64,000 nucleotides of DNA from Candidatus Kaiserbacteria bacterium. Lineage in GTDB: Bacteria > Patescibacteriota > Minisyncoccia > Phycocordibacterales > UBA2100. The notes under the pieces are model-generated. The model did no database searches, was not told where the DNA came from, and worked only from the letters and a program-made list of their open reading frames with translations. Where the stretch lies: contig JACPLC010000005.1 in NCBI GenBank assembly GCA_016186695.1, forward strand, positions 64,852-128,851, read 5' to 3'. The position numbers were made by a program, and so were the translations under genes. Shown in pieces: positions 1 to 9,756 of this stretch (within the stretch, counting starts at the first letter, position 1; the number at the start of each line of letters is the position of its first letter).

Positions 1-598
1 AGAGTGCGTGTCGCACCTTCTCAATCTCCTCCGGAGACATTTCCTTTGGTGGTGTCTCGTCCTCTATGCGGACTTTCTCCGAGTAGCCCTCAAAGAGTTT
101 TGCAAAGAGTTCTGCCGCTCGCGGGTCGCCGGTCTCGATAGCACGCTTTGTAATGCCGTAATATACGTCGCTCGTATATCGCCGAAACTCCTGATTGCGA
201 TGAATTGCAACTTCGTCCCAAAAAAACGGGAGGCGCTTCCAGTCCGTGAGTGTGTCGGGGCTTATTGAGTACTTCTCTGCAAAATCTTTCTGCGATACAG
301 GAAAACCAACCGTCCCACGCACGCTCGAAGGTACTACGTTCCAGTGAATGAAATCCAAAAGCCCCAGTGGATTTCGGACGCGAGAAATATCAATGAAGCG
401 GAACAGCTTTGTTTTTGTCTCAAAATCGGAGTAATCCGGCTTCTTCGCCATACGCTCTTTCCCAATTTTGCACGCATTTTTGCGTGCTTTTCGTACACTG
501 CGACGCTTCGGCACATACTCCGATTGCTGTTTAGCCGTCGGTACTGTCGGCTGGAGCAAAATAGTGGGATTTTTGGGGCGTAATCTATCTTCTGTCAT
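1..598 (-). CDS. Partial CDS (the stop lies beyond the left window edge); hypothetical protein with an HTH-like segment (QKDFAEKYSISPDTLTDWKR). It is absent from the ORF track because no stop codon falls inside the window.
   Basis: I translated the minus strand by hand from the ATG at 598. The frame is uninterrupted for at least 199 codons down to position 1: MTEDRLRPKNPTILLQPTVPTAKQQSEYVPKRRSVRKARKNACKIGKERMAKKPDYSDFETKTKLFRFIDISRVRNPLGLLDFIHWN...EEIEKVRHAL. Confidence 0.55.
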   Translation of the reverse strand, partial: MTEDRLRPKNPTILLQPTVPTAKQQSEYVPKRRSVRKARKNACKIGKERMAKKPDYSDFETKTKLFRFIDISRVRNPLGLLDFIHWNVVPSSVRGTVGFPVSQKDFAEKYSISPDTLTDWKRLPFFWDEVAIHRNQEFRRYTSDVYYGITKRAIETGDPRAAELFAKLFEGYSEKVRIEDETPPKEMSPEEIEKVRHAL

Positions 599-892
599 AG
601 GGAGATTATACTGCCAAGGAAAGTAGCCGGTTCAGGTTTTCAATATGAAATTGCGGTTCTGGGTATATACTAGCCCAATCGTATGTTCGAAAGGCGTACC
701 TCCACTGGAGCCACAAGCCCCCGACCCCCGTCTGGGAAACCTCTCGGTTTCCCAACATTGCGCTTCGCGCAATCCTTCCTCCACGGGGGCTTGCGCTCGC
801 GCTTCGCGCGAATGCTGAAGGAGTTTTGCGACGACGGCAGCAAGTGCGAGCTCTTGGGAGCGGCCATACCCCCGGAGCCAAACAGGAAACCG

Positions 893-1144
893 CTATCTTC
901 TTTTTAGAAACTTTGCGACGATGCTAAAAACAAGCGCCCACGCAGCGACAGAAAGCGCGAGTCCCAAAAGCATGAGCATGGGGTTCCACATGCCGAATGG
1001 CTGCCCCACCACATACGCCAAACCTATGATCGGGAACATCAAGACGTTCGCGACCACGGGCGATACCTGCAAGCCGATAAAGAGGCCGACGAACGGCGCG
1101 ACCAAACCGAAGACCCCTCCCCACATAAGTGCTTTTCTGTTCAT
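893..1144 (-). CDS. Small membrane protein (about 83 aa, 2-3 TM).
   Basis: Track ORF 893..1171, trimmed to the internal ATG (MNRKALMWGGVFGLVAPFVGLFIGL...). It is strongly hydrophobic and ends in basic KFLKRR. Confidence 0.4.
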   Translation of the reverse strand: MNRKALMWGGVFGLVAPFVGLFIGLQVSPVVANVLMFPIIGLAYVVGQPFGMWNPMLMLLGLALSVAAWALVFSIVAKFLKRR

Positions 1145-1204
1145 GCCCGCATGATAGCGCGACCGCGGCACAAAAAGATACGGTGGTGTTGATATACTTC
1201 AGAT

Positions 1205-2404
1205 ATGCGAATAGAGTCGGGGTTCGTCATCCCGCAGGCAATGCTTCTCGTGCTCGCGCTCCTCGTTGTCGGAGGGGGCATCGCGCTCGTCGCTTCGTCC
1301 GGTGCCACACAAAACGACTTCTCACAATCGGACGATGAAGCTTCGGCGCTCGCCGAGCTTGAGCGCGAAGTAAACTTCGCGGCAAAAAGCGGAGGCGTTA
1401 GTCCCGATACCTACGAGCGCATCACGGACGAACTCGACCGCCTAGAAAACGCAGGAGGTTCCACAGAGCGGATACGCGCGCTACGAGAGCTTCTGGGGAC
1501 GCTCGAAGTCGGCGGATCAAAAGCAGTAGCGAAGACAGGCATCCCATCGCCCAAACCTCCACCTCCTGCTCCTCCCCCGCCTCCTCCGCCGATCGCTCCG
1601 CTCTTTGCATCATTGCCACTGTACGACCGAACAACTTGTCCCGACAGCTCTGAAGGAAACGACATCTTCATCAGAAATGGCATACGCTACCGCGTGGATC
1701 AAGAGGTGCGACGATGGGCCGAGGAATTTTGTGGACCCGATGCGTCGACACCTCTCGTGCCGACTCCTCCTCCGGAACCTTCCCAGCCGCCACAACCCGC
1801 TTGCGAAAGTAATGCCTCTCCAAGCTTTACGAATCACATTACCGACATGAGCAAGGTCAACTACATAGGTCCTCCGCCTACGATGGGCGCAGGCCCGAGC
1901 TTGAAACCGCATAGCTACATCGGCACCGACCACGCTCGCGTGCCCGTCTACGCGCCGACCGATATGACACTTGAGACCGGCGCCTACTTTGAGGGCGGCC
2001 CCTATGGGCTCGACTTCCGCGTGAGCTGCGAGGTAACGCTGCGCTTCGGCCACATCACCGAGCCGATAGAAGAGATCCGCGCTGTCTTTCCCGCGACACC
2101 CGCGCCTGCGAACGATTCGCGCTCGCAGCAAATCACACGCAAAGTTTCTTTTAAGGCAGGCGAACTCGTCGGCTACACAACAGGCACGAGTGCTGCCGGA
2201 AACTGGGACTTCGGCGTCTACAATTCCACGGTGCGCAATCGCTACGCCGACGATCCCGCGTGGAACATCAGCGCCACCTACACGACCGCCGTGTGCCCGT
2301 TTGATTATTTCTCCGCCGCAATGAGAGCAGCCTATGTCGCGAAGTTCAATTCCGCGGCACTGGGTGGCAATCTCCCGCACGGCGATCCCTTTTGCAAGAT
2401 ATAG
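1205..2404 (+). CDS. Secreted or membrane-anchored protein with a poly-Pro linker (PPPPAPPPPPPPIAP) and a C-terminal globular domain of unknown function.
   Basis: The N-terminal TM/signal is MLLVLALLVVGGGIALVASS. There are two Pro-rich linkers. The C-terminal domain has an HSYIGTDH...GHITEP segment that is only weakly peptidase-like. Confidence 0.45.
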   Translation: MRIESGFVIPQAMLLVLALLVVGGGIALVASSGATQNDFSQSDDEASALAELEREVNFAAKSGGVSPDTYERITDELDRLENAGGSTERIRALRELLGTLEVGGSKAVAKTGIPSPKPPPPAPPPPPPPIAPLFASLPLYDRTTCPDSSEGNDIFIRNGIRYRVDQEVRRWAEEFCGPDASTPLVPTPPPEPSQPPQPACESNASPSFTNHITDMSKVNYIGPPPTMGAGPSLKPHSYIGTDHARVPVYAPTDMTLETGAYFEGGPYGLDFRVSCEVTLRFGHITEPIEEIRAVFPATPAPANDSRSQQITRKVSFKAGELVGYTTGTSAAGNWDFGVYNSTVRNRYADDPAWNISATYTTAVCPFDYFSAAMRAAYVAKFNSAALGGNLPHGDPFCKI

Positions 2405-2413
2405 CGTGAGGAC

Positions 2414-2755
2414 CTACAGCGGTCTCGCGAGCGCCGATGAGACGAGCGTGAGGACTTGCACGATGAGCCAGCCGATGATAGCGTATCCTATCATCGCGAA
2501 AATGGTTGAAAGCTCGATCACGAATCCCCCAAGTGAAAGATTCGGAAACGCACCGAAAAAAGGTCCGACGAGCCTGCCGGTTAGCTGATAAAACCATGCG
2601 ACGAACTCGGATGCCGAGCTCGCTCCAAAAAGCACAAGAAGAAGACGCACCGCGAGCAGAAATTCTATAATGCTCACCACCCAATTCACAATGAGCGCAG
2701 GAGCTCCAGATGGGTAGTACCGGTAATAGCTCCGCTCGTAGACGGCATCACTCAT
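2414..2755 (-). CDS. YggT-family small membrane protein.
   Basis: 113 aa, 2 TM, with YggT-like sequence (IVNWVVSIIEFLLAVRLLLVLF...GWLIVQVL). Confidence 0.4.
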   Translation of the reverse strand: MSDAVYERSYYRYYPSGAPALIVNWVVSIIEFLLAVRLLLVLFGASSASEFVAWFYQLTGRLVGPFFGAFPNLSLGGFVIELSTIFAMIGYAIIGWLIVQVLTLVSSALARPL

Positions 2756-3065
2756 AGAACATAACTCTGCTCTCCCCTGATGGAGAGAGCATGAAGGTGA
2801 ACAATTATCCTACAGAAAGGATCTTCGACGGGGAGCGGTGCCCGCGAACGATACGGACAGAAGCTTTCGGCACCTTAAAATGCAGGGCGACAAGCTCTGC
2901 TACGCGGCGATTCGCGGCATTTTCAATAGCTTTTTCCCTTACAGAAATCTTAAACGACACAGGAGAAATAGGTTCAACGCTTTCCCGCCGTGCATTCGCG
3001 CGCACCCGCACTTTTATCTGCATGCTTCAACAATAGCACCGCGAACAGGTTGCTATAATTGCACG

Positions 3066-5666
3066 ATGATGCTGAACCGCGAGTCGCTAGCCAGCCCGTT
3101 TTGGACAAATTCCGCAGAGACAGTTGCAGGTGCGCTTGAAACAGATATCCACCGCGGCATCTCCGAGAGAGAGGCCGAACTGCGACGCGAACTCTTCGGG
3201 AAAAATTCCATTGAGCAGGTGCGCGGCACTTCGGGCTTCGGAATCTTTTTCAGACAATTCGAGAGTCCCCTCATCCTTATCCTTCTTGCCGCCGCGGCAA
3301 CCACACTCTCAATCTCGCACACGCGCGACGCGCTCTTTATTCTGATTGCAGTTTTTGCCAACGTCATTTTAGGCTTCTACCAGGAACACAAGGCCGAGCG
3401 TGCACTTTCGGAGCTGAAAAGCTACCTGCGCGAGCGTGCGCGGGTGATACGCGCCGGCGCGGAGCGCGAGATCGATGCGGAACATCTCGTCCCCGGTGAC
3501 ATCATCCGTCTCTCGCAGGGCGACCGTGTGCCCGCAGACGCGCGGATTGTATTTGTAAACGACCTGCAAATCGACGAAACAGTGCTCACCGGAGAATCAC
3601 TTCCCGTGGAAAAAAATATCGAGGCAGTGCCGGAGAGCGCGGAACTTGCCGATCAGCGCTGCATGGGCTTCGCGGGAACACTGGTCACACAGGGCGTCGG
3701 CACGGCAGTGGTCTGCCGTACCGGAAGCTCGACGGAGTTTGGAAAAATCGCGACGCTTGTCGCGAGAGCAGAGCATGAGGCGACACCTTTGCAGGCCGCA
3801 ATCCAAAAATTCAGCGTCCGTGCAAGCCTCATCTTGGGAGCGCTTACGCTCGTCGTCTTCGCCCTTGGTGTTGCCGCAGGACATTCGTACATCGATATGT
3901 TCCTCACCTCGGTTGCAATCGCAGTTGCGGCAATCCCCGAAGGCTTACCCGTCGCGCTCACGGTAATCCTCGCGGTCGGCGTTGAGCGGATGGCGAAGAG
4001 AAACGGCGTTGTCCGCAAGCTCGTCGCCGCCGAGGCGCTTGGCGACGTAACCGTCATCCTCACGGACAAAACCGGCACGCTGACGATGGCAAAGATGGAG
4101 CTCTCCGACATCATCCCCACGGATGGCGCGGATGAGAGTGCGCTCATACAGCGCGCGGTTTTGAATGCAAACGTTCTTATCGAGAACAGAAACGATCCCC
4201 CAAGCGAGTGGCGCATGAGCGGGCCCATTATGGAAGTCGCGCTCGTTCGCGCCGCCGCGCTGCGCGGATTGGATGTGGCGCACGTGAAAGGAAGCGCACA
4301 GATCGACCAAACGCTTCCTTTCAACGCGGTCAGCAAATTTTCAGTCTCACTTCTTGGCGAGGGCGAGCGGCACCGGCTCATCTTTTTCGGCGCGCCCGAC
4401 ATTCTCGTTTCGCGCTCAACATTCGATGAGGCAAAGCGGCGTGAAATGCTTGCAACGATCGATACACTTGCGCGGGCGGGTAAACGCGTACTCGGTGTCG
4501 CGACGAAGGTGACACACCGAAAGAAAGATCTTTCTCTTGCACACGAGCTTGATGCGGAGAACCTTGAGTTCGAAGGTCTCATTGCATTTCGCGATCCGGT
4601 CCGCGAAAGCGTTCGCGACGCAATACAGCGCGTCGAACGCGCGGGTATCAAGACCATTATCGTCACGGGAGATCACCTCGGCACCGCCGAAACGATCGCG
4701 CGGGAAGTTGGCTTGCCTGTTGACAAAGACTCATCCATCGAAGGAGCGGAGCTCACCTCACTTTCGGAGGCCGAGTTCGCGCAGAGGCTTCCGAAACTCC
4801 GTGTCATCGCGCGGGTCTCCCCGCTCGACAAGGTACGCATCGTGCGAGCGTTGCGAAAAGCGGGTGAGATCGTCGCGATGACGGGCGATGGCGTGAACGA
4901 TGCACCAAGTATCAAAGAGGCCGACGTCGGAGTCGCCATGGGCTCGGGAACCGAGGTGGCACGCTCTGTCGCCGACCTCGTACTTTTGGACGACAACTTT
5001 GAGACGATTGCCGCCGCAGTAGATGAAGGGCGGCAGATTATGAGCAATATCCGCAAAGTTGTCGTGTACCTTCTCTCGACCGTGATGGACGAGCTCACGC
5101 TTATCGGCGGCGCCCTGATTGCAGGCGTTGCACTCCCCTTAAACGCACTCCAGATTCTGTGGGTCAATTTTTTCTCGGACAGTTTCCCCGCTGTTGCGTT
5201 CGCATTTGAAAAAGGGATCGATGGTCTCTCCGTCCGTGCACGCCCCTCTAAGCGGCAGCTTTTTGATCCTCTGATGCGGTTCCTCGTCCTCGTAGTCGGC
5301 CTCTCCTCAAGCGCGCTTCTTCTCGCACTCTACCTCTCACTCCTCTATGCAGGCTATGAAGAGGAGCTCGTGCGGACATTTATCTTCGCCTGCTTCGGCA
5401 GCTACACGCTCTTCGTCGCGTTCTCGGTGAAAAGTCTCGAGAAAAGCATCTTTTCCTACTCACCCTTTTCAAACCTCTATCTCGTGGGGGGAATCGGCAT
5501 CGGCATCGTGCTCATGCTCGCGGCACTATACGTACCCTTCCTGCAGTCTCTTTTTGGCACCGTCGCTCTGCCGCCGCTGTGGCTCTTGGCGGTTCTTGCC
5601 GTCGGCGCTCTGAACATACTCGCCATCGAGGCCGGAAAATGGCTCTTCCGCAGCCGATTGCTATGA
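3066..5666 (+). CDS. Cation-transporting P-type ATPase, P2 (Ca2+/SERCA-PMCA-like) subfamily.
   Basis: Motifs present: DKTGTLT phosphorylation motif, PEGLP, TGDGVNDAPSIKEADVGVAMG, and about 10 TM. I placed the start at the ATGATG at 3066. The track's N-terminal extension from 2838 looks non-coding. Confidence 0.9.
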   Translation: MMLNRESLASPFWTNSAETVAGALETDIHRGISEREAELRRELFGKNSIEQVRGTSGFGIFFRQFESPLILILLAAAATTLSISHTRDALFILIAVFANVILGFYQEHKAERALSELKSYLRERARVIRAGAEREIDAEHLVPGDIIRLSQGDRVPADARIVFVNDLQIDETVLTGESLPVEKNIEAVPESAELADQRCMGFAGTLVTQGVGTAVVCRTGSSTEFGKIATLVARAEHEATPLQAAIQKFSVRASLILGALTLVVFALGVAAGHSYIDMFLTSVAIAVAAIPEGLPVALTVILAVGVERMAKRNGVVRKLVAAEALGDVTVILTDKTGTLTMAKMELSDIIPTDGADESALIQRAVLNANVLIENRNDPPSEWRMSGPIMEVALVRAAALRGLDVAHVKGSAQIDQTLPFNAVSKFSVSLLGEGERHRLIFFGAPDILVSRSTFDEAKRREMLATIDTLARAGKRVLGVATKVTHRKKDLSLAHELDAENLEFEGLIAFRDPVRESVRDAIQRVERAGIKTIIVTGDHLGTAETIAREVGLPVDKDSSIEGAELTSLSEAEFAQRLPKLRVIARVSPLDKVRIVRALRKAGEIVAMTGDGVNDAPSIKEADVGVAMGSGTEVARSVADLVLLDDNFETIAAAVDEGRQIMSNIRKVVVYLLSTVMDELTLIGGALIAGVALPLNALQILWVNFFSDSFPAVAFAFEKGIDGLSVRARPSKRQLFDPLMRFLVLVVGLSSSALLLALYLSLLYAGYEEELVRTFIFACFGSYTLFVAFSVKSLEKSIFSYSPFSNLYLVGGIGIGIVLMLAALYVPFLQSLFGTVALPPLWLLAVLAVGALNILAIEAGKWLFRSRLL

Positions 5667-6391
5667 CCGGAAAGGGGCGCGTTCTCGTCGTCGGCGGCTC
5701 GGAGGAATTCGTAGGCGCAGTGTATTTGGCGGCCATTGCCGCGCTTCGCGGAGGCGCCGAATCAGTCATCGTCATGACACCTGAGAAAGTTGCATGGGCC
5801 TTGAACACGCTCTCGCCGGACTTGATGACGCGAAAGTTAAAAGGGAAATACCTTTCAACAAAACATGGGCAGACGATCAGAGCGCAAATGAAAACCGCCG
5901 ACATACTCGTCGTTGGAAATGGCGCCGGAGTGCGGAAAGACACCGCCGCGCTCATGCGCTCTCTGATACGCTCCCCTATCCAGAAGGTCATTGACGCTGA
6001 CGCACTGAAGGCGCTCCGCGGTTCGGCGATGCAAAACGCGATACTCACACCCAACGAGGGAGAATGGAAACACTTGGAAACATACAGCGATATTCAGGCA
6101 CTTCTGAAAAGGGGAAACATCATCGTCAAGAAAGGATTCCCCACCAAAATCCTTTCGGCACGAAAGGCTGTTGCCATAAAACGAACAAACAAGGGACTGA
6201 AAAAAGCCGGCACGGGAGACGTGCTCGCAGGCCTCATCGCGGGCTTCCTATCACAGGGCTATGCGCCGTTCACAGCCACGCAAAAGGCGTGCGAAACAGG
6301 AAACAGGATCGCAGATATCCTCACCAAAAAGAAGACGGGGTATTACTTTCTTGCAAGTGATCTGGCCCGGGAGCTTATTATTTCTTTTTGA
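5639..6391 (+). CDS. nnrD: ADP-dependent NAD(P)H-hydrate dehydratase (YjeF C-terminal domain, carbohydrate-kinase fold).
   Basis: Motifs VLVVGGSEEFVGAVYLAAIAALRGGA and GTGDVLAGLIAGFLSQG. An alternative start at ATG 5663 makes an ATGA overlap with the ATPase stop. Confidence 0.7.
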   Translation: MALPQPIAMTGKGRVLVVGGSEEFVGAVYLAAIAALRGGAESVIVMTPEKVAWALNTLSPDLMTRKLKGKYLSTKHGQTIRAQMKTADILVVGNGAGVRKDTAALMRSLIRSPIQKVIDADALKALRGSAMQNAILTPNEGEWKHLETYSDIQALLKRGNIIVKKGFPTKILSARKAVAIKRTNKGLKKAGTGDVLAGLIAGFLSQGYAPFTATQKACETGNRIADILTKKKTGYYFLASDLARELIISF

Positions 6392-7019
6392 AAAATCTGA
6401 AGATCCGTGGCGTAAACGGCAGCCGAGCGGCCCTGTGCATCCAGAAGTAGCCGACGATGCTCACGATGAGCGCTCCCGCTCCCGCTGCGATCAAATCCCA
6501 CATCGTGTCTGTGTTGCCGTTTTGCCATTCGACTCGAAAGAGAAAATCGCCCGCGAATTCCACGACTTCCCATACGACGCCCATCGCGAGCGAAAATGTG
6601 ATAGCGAAAAATGCGATGAAGCCGGGGCTGAGATCAAGTGGAATTGCTTCCTGCTCATTCAGGCTGTATACGAGCACGAAACCCGCGACACCGAGGATGA
6701 GGCCGGATTGAAAATGCACAAACTTGTCCCATAGCGGGATGTAGTCGTAGAAGTTGGCCAAGTGGCCTAAGAAAAGCGTCGCAAACACAAAACCGACGAT
6801 CGAGAGGTCGAGTGCGAACGGTAGGTAGAACCGATACCGGTACTTGAGAATGGACGGCGCGGACATTAATACGAAAACGAGAACCGTACTGAATACGGAG
6901 GCCCAGTCGCTCTCATAGGCAAAGTAACCGGCCGCAACGAGGATGGCAGCACGCAGGCCATAGTAGACGACGAGCGTGTAGCGGTTGCGATATGCATCCG
7001 ATATGGAAGTACGATCCAT
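6378..7019 (-). CDS. Polytopic membrane protein of unknown function.
   Basis: About 6 TM, starting at the internal ATG (MDRTSISDAYRNRYTLVVYYGL...). The track's upstream extension would overlap the SPFH gene. Confidence 0.4.
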   Translation of the reverse strand: MDRTSISDAYRNRYTLVVYYGLRAAILVAAGYFAYESDWASVFSTVLVFVLMSAPSILKYRYRFYLPFALDLSIVGFVFATLFLGHLANFYDYIPLWDKFVHFQSGLILGVAGFVLVYSLNEQEAIPLDLSPGFIAFFAITFSLAMGVVWEVVEFAGDFLFRVEWQNGNTDTMWDLIAAGAGALIVSIVGYFWMHRAARLPFTPRIFRFFKKK

Positions 7020-7091
7020 TGCGCGATCGTAGCACAGAGGGGTATACCCCGTGAGATGGCGGTTCCCTATCTCACGGGGTATAGTACGGCC

Positions 7092-7847
7092 ATGAGTTGG
7101 ATATACATTCTCCTCGGAGCCGTACTTATCGTCATCATCGCGAGCATTCGGCAGATCAACCAGTACGAGCGCGGCGTCAGATTCACCTTCGGCAAATTCA
7201 CCGGCATCATGGAGCCCGGCTGGCGTCTCGTGTGGCCGATCATCCAAACCTACCGGCGCGTTGATATCCGTGTAAAGGCGGTAGATGTGCCGGATCAGGA
7301 CGCGATCACACGCGACAACGTGTCGGTGACCGTGAATGCCGTCATTTATTACAAAGTCTCATCCGCCGAAAAGGCAGTTATCGAGGTGGAAAATTTCTAT
7401 TTCGCGATCTCGCAGTACGCGCAGACAACAATGCGCAACATCGTGGGCGAAGTCTCTCTTGATGAACTCTTGGCTAGCCGCGAAAAGATCGCAGATCGCA
7501 TCCGTGAGATCGTGGACAAAGAAACAGACGCGTGGGGCCTCAAGGTCAGCAACGTTGAATTGAAGGACATTCTCCTCCCTGAAACCATGAAGCGAACGAT
7601 CGCGAAGCAGGCAGAGGCCGAACGCGAAAAGCGCGCCGTCATCATCAATGCCGAGGGAGAGCTGGCCGCATCGAAGAACATGGCCGAAGCCGCAAGAAAC
7701 CTGAACGCAGTTCCCGGCGCGCTTCACCTGCGTACCCTCCAATCCATTAACGATGTCTCCTCGGATCAATCGAACACCATCATATTCACCGTACCGCTCG
7801 AAATATTGAAAGCTTTCGTCGGCTTCGGCAAGAATTCAAAATCCTAG
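7092..7847 (+). CDS. SPFH/band-7 (stomatin/prohibitin-like) membrane protein.
   Basis: An N-terminal TM followed by SPFH core (QYERGVRFTFGKFTGIMEPGWRLVWPIIQTYRRVDIRVKAVDVP...) and a coiled-coil EAEREKRA. Confidence 0.8.
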   Translation: MSWIYILLGAVLIVIIASIRQINQYERGVRFTFGKFTGIMEPGWRLVWPIIQTYRRVDIRVKAVDVPDQDAITRDNVSVTVNAVIYYKVSSAEKAVIEVENFYFAISQYAQTTMRNIVGEVSLDELLASREKIADRIREIVDKETDAWGLKVSNVELKDILLPETMKRTIAKQAEAEREKRAVIINAEGELAASKNMAEAARNLNAVPGALHLRTLQSINDVSSDQSNTIIFTVPLEILKAFVGFGKNSKS

Positions 7848-7853
7848 CGTTTT

Positions 7854-8432
7854 TTAGTACCACGATCCTGTCCATGGGTCGTACAACCACTGGTGCGGGT
7901 CCGAGACGTAGGTCGGATAACATCCGTATCCCGAATAGCAATAGTCGTATCCGTAAGAGTAGTAGGGATCATACGAGTATGTCGGGTACGACCAATAGTC
8001 GTAATAGTACGTTGGCTGGTACGAGTAGGTTTGATACGAGCACGGCGTATACGACCAGTAGTATCCGCACCAGTACTGTTGATTTGAGTATGATGGATAT
8101 GAATACGAATATGTTGGAGAGGAATACGACGGGTAGCTAGATGAATACGAGGGCGCATTCACGTTCACGTAGGGAGATGTGTTGATATAGGTGTACGGTG
8201 AAAAGTTGTGGTATGTGTAGTTCGAGCTCGTGCACGGACTATAGGAGTAGTACGTTCCACACCAGTACATCTGCGGCATCTGGTAGCTGGAATACGAATA
8301 GTTGTTGGGATACGTGTTGGAATACGAATAGTTGTTGGGATAGGAGGAATAATAGTACTGCGCGTATGCCGGAAACGGAGAGACAAGTGCGAGTGCCCCG
8401 AGCACAATAGTGGAAGCAAGGAACCTCTTCAT
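7854..8432 (-). CDS. Secreted Tyr/Ser/Asn-rich low-complexity protein with two YWCG-x-Y-x-SY-x-PC modules.
   Basis: Signal peptide MKRFLASTIVLGALALVSPFPAYA. The mature part is about 40% Tyr. There is an internal 24-nt direct repeat (8289..8312 and 8319..8342). Confidence 0.55.
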   Translation of the reverse strand: MKRFLASTIVLGALALVSPFPAYAQYYYSSYPNNYSYSNTYPNNYSYSSYQMPQMYWCGTYYSYSPCTSSNYTYHNFSPYTYINTSPYVNVNAPSYSSSYPSYSSPTYSYSYPSYSNQQYWCGYYWSYTPCSYQTYSYQPTYYYDYWSYPTYSYDPYYSYGYDYCYSGYGCYPTYVSDPHQWLYDPWTGSWY

Positions 8433-8465
8433 ACCTGTAACAGTATCACTTCGGCACGATAGTCA

Positions 8466-9746
8466 ATGACAAAATTAAAAAAACGCGCCGTTTGCTATAC
8501 TGCTGTCAACTGTATGAGAAAAACAACGGCTCTAACTCTTGGTGTTCTTCTCCTCTTGAGTTTTTTGTTTTTTATGTCGCCGGTGGGACAGTACGTCTCC
8601 GGTGTCGCTTCCCTCCTCCGGCCCTCACCCGCCCCGCCCGACGAATCGGACGAGGCTCTTCCCTTCACACTTCCGCAAGAATTTGCCGCGTACATGTTCG
8701 CGGAGAATGTCCCGGATGCACGCGTCATGGTGCGTGACCCGAAAGGGGTACTCCTCGTCTCAGAAACGAATCAAGGGAAAGTAGTTGCACTGCCAAACCT
8801 CGACGCCGATGGAAAGGCTGACCGCGTGGTAACCATCCTCGAAGGCTTGAGAAAACCGCACGGCCTGCTTGTGCTCTGCGGCGAAACCGGCTTTGAGAGC
8901 ATCGACCAGGACAACTGTTCGCTTATCGTTGCAGAAAGCCATCGTGTCGCGGCGTATCGCTACGACGCTGACACCTATTCGGCAGTGTTTGAAAAAGTGC
9001 TTGTGCAGCTGCCCGACGACGGAGGCCACTTCACGCGCACGCTGATACTTCACCCGGACAACAAACGCATCCTCGTTTCTGTCGGCTCATCCTGCAACGT
9101 TTGCACAGAAAAAGACGAGCGGCGTGCCGCGATTCTCGCCGTCGACCCTGATAAAAGCGGCTTTGAGATCTTTGCTACTGGACTTCGCAACACAGTCTTT
9201 ATGACCACTCACTACGTAACGGGAGATATTTGGGGCACTGATATGGGTCGCGATAATCTGGGCGACGATCTGCCACCCGACGAAGTGAACATTATCCGCG
9301 AAGGCAGCAACTACGGCTGGCCCACGTGTTACGGCAAGAATATTCACGACACAAACTTCGATAAAAACACCTACATAAGAAATCCCTGTATAGAACCCCT
9401 CGAGACGCCTTCGTACATCGACATCCCCGCGCACTCGGCGCCGCTCGGTATCGCGTTTATTCCGGAGGAAGGATGGCCGGAGGAATGGTGGTACGACGCT
9501 CTGGTCGCCTATCACGGCTCATGGAACAGGAGCACTCCCACGGGCTACAAGATTGTCCGTTTCCCGCTCGACACAGAAGGAAATCCCGAAGGCGAGCCGA
9601 TTGATTTTATGACCGGATTTAGAGACGAAAATGGGCAGGTGCTCGGTCGCCCCGTCGACATCCTCATCGAGCCCGGCGGCATTATGTACGTCTCCGACGA
9701 CAAAGCTGGCAGGATCTACCGCGTCTCGAGAACTTCAGTGGACTGA
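8466..9746 (+). CDS. PQQ-dependent sugar (glucose/sorbosone) dehydrogenase-like beta-propeller, membrane-anchored or secreted.
   Basis: sGDH-family sequence (NYGWPTCYG, GDIWGTDMGRDNLGDD) with N-terminal hydrophobic segment. The start could instead be 8514 (MRKTTALTLGVLLLL). Confidence 0.6.
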   Translation: MTKLKKRAVCYTAVNCMRKTTALTLGVLLLLSFLFFMSPVGQYVSGVASLLRPSPAPPDESDEALPFTLPQEFAAYMFAENVPDARVMVRDPKGVLLVSETNQGKVVALPNLDADGKADRVVTILEGLRKPHGLLVLCGETGFESIDQDNCSLIVAESHRVAAYRYDADTYSAVFEKVLVQLPDDGGHFTRTLILHPDNKRILVSVGSSCNVCTEKDERRAAILAVDPDKSGFEIFATGLRNTVFMTTHYVTGDIWGTDMGRDNLGDDLPPDEVNIIREGSNYGWPTCYGKNIHDTNFDKNTYIRNPCIEPLETPSYIDIPAHSAPLGIAFIPEEGWPEEWWYDALVAYHGSWNRSTPTGYKIVRFPLDTEGNPEGEPIDFMTGFRDENGQVLGRPVDILIEPGGIMYVSDDKAGRIYRVSRTSVD

Positions 9747-9756
9747 TAACCGAAGA

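Noticed and set aside
8-583. Small plus-strand ORFs (8..268, 344..583) at the left edge.
   Set aside because: They overlap the long uninterrupted minus-strand frame 1..598, which has far better protein-like composition.
600-892. Possible tmRNA, RNase P RNA or SRP RNA in the GC-rich intergenic region.
   Set aside because: I compared by eye against remembered consensus elements (tRNA-like T-arm with CCA end, GGAAAGUCCGG, SRP domain IV) and found no convincing match. Only generic palindromes are present.
2838-3065. N-terminal 76-aa extension of the P-type ATPase ORF in the track.
   Set aside because: The extension is Arg/His-rich and non-hydrophobic. The homologous N-terminus starts at MMLNRESLASPFW (ATG 3066), directly downstream of a TATAAT box.
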